From Campylobacterota bacterium (lineage in GTDB: Bacteria; Campylobacterota; Campylobacteria; Campylobacterales; Arcobacteraceae), in NCBI GenBank assembly GCA_051746405.1, contig JBNJFB010000020.1, positions 1-42,307 of the forward strand: a stretch of DNA of 42,307 nt, written 5' to 3'. Made by a program: the position numbers and the translations under genes. The notes under the pieces are model-generated. The model was not told where the DNA came from, did no database searches, and saw nothing but the letters and a program-made list of their open reading frames with translations. Shown here piece by piece: positions 41,921-42,307 of the stretch. Positions within the stretch are counted from its first letter, which is position 1; each line of letters opens with the position of its first letter.

Positions 41921-42069
41921 AAATAAGAGCAACTCGTTGTTTTATTTAGGGTTTGTTTCTTTAGGTAAAATTTACTTTTACCGATAAAAGAAATTAAAAA
42001 TGAAATGGTCCCTTTGTAAGGTCTCTTTAAAAAATGGCAATTTTTTAAGGCACCTTTTTATGGGACATT
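41921..42069 (+). other. Structured intergenic region with three tandem stem-loops
   Basis: Imperfect inverted repeats at 41921-41947, 41956-41993 and 42004-42069. Confidence 0.6.
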
Positions 42070-42084
42070 AAAAAAGGAGCTTTT

Positions 42085-42276
42085 ATGCCAATTGCAACTA
42101 TAAATATAATTGAGGGTAGAAGTGATGAGCAAAAAGAGAAACTTATAGAAAAAGTAACTCAAGCTATTCATGAATCTATTGATGCACCAAAACAGAATGT
42201 TAGGGTAGTTTTAAATGAGATGCCAAAACAACACTTTGGAATTGGTGGAGAAAGTGTAAAAAAGATGGGACGATAG
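42085..42276 (+). CDS. dmpI: 4-oxalocrotonate tautomerase
   Basis: After Met removal: Pro1, Arg11, Arg39 and Phe50, plus GIGG. AAGGAG RBS. Confidence 0.96.
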   Translation: MPIATINIIEGRSDEQKEKLIEKVTQAIHESIDAPKQNVRVVLNEMPKQHFGIGGESVKKMGR

Positions 42277-42277
42277 A

Positions 42278-42307
42278 GTGTTAAAACTAAGTGTATTAGA
42301 TCAATCT
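42278..42307 (+). CDS. Start of a probable luciferase-like (LLM) flavin-dependent oxidoreductase, truncated by window end
   Basis: GTG 1 nt after the dmpI stop reads MLKLSVLDQS. LSVLDQS is a typical LLM-family N-terminus, but only 10 codons are visible. Confidence 0.55.
   Translation, partial: MLKLSVLDQS

Noticed and set aside
42000..42071. 23-codon ORF (MKWSLCKVSLKNGNFLRHLFMGH) in the dmpH-dmpI spacer as a leader peptide
   Set aside because: No RBS, atypical codons, and it coincides with a hairpin.

Overview
AT-rich chromosomal window, most likely from an Arcobacteraceae (Campylobacterota) genome. This is inferred from protein style, TGnTATAAT promoters and the gap-pgk-tpiA-fabI-lysA-pheA-hisC-dxs order. 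It opens with the 3' end of a 5S rRNA, an L/F-transferase-like gene and a PLD-SF2 helicase-DUF3427-type putative defence gene. About 22 kb of housekeeping genes follow (truD, ctpA, purCSQ, plsC, crcB, tatA, argS, rsfS, nadD, gap-dxs, ccp, maf). From about 25.4 kb to the end is an accessory aerobic phenol-catabolic region: multicomponent phenol hydroxylase dmpKLMNOP and a meta-cleavage operon (dmpQ-dmpB-glcG-like-dmpC-E-F-G-H-I, no dmpD in the window). The most notable signal is regulatory. No sigma54/DmpR system is visible. Instead a divergent membrane PAS/HisKA_2 kinase and a REC-winged-helix regulator flank the cluster. Three separate promoters (dmpK, dmpQ and SDR-leuB) share an identically spaced architecture, TGCGA-N6-T(G/A)CGA-N11-TAnnnT. 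This points to a PhoB-style, sigma70-dependent two-component phenol regulon. An unlisted 39-aa membrane ORF after argS and a triple-hairpin spacer before dmpI were also found.
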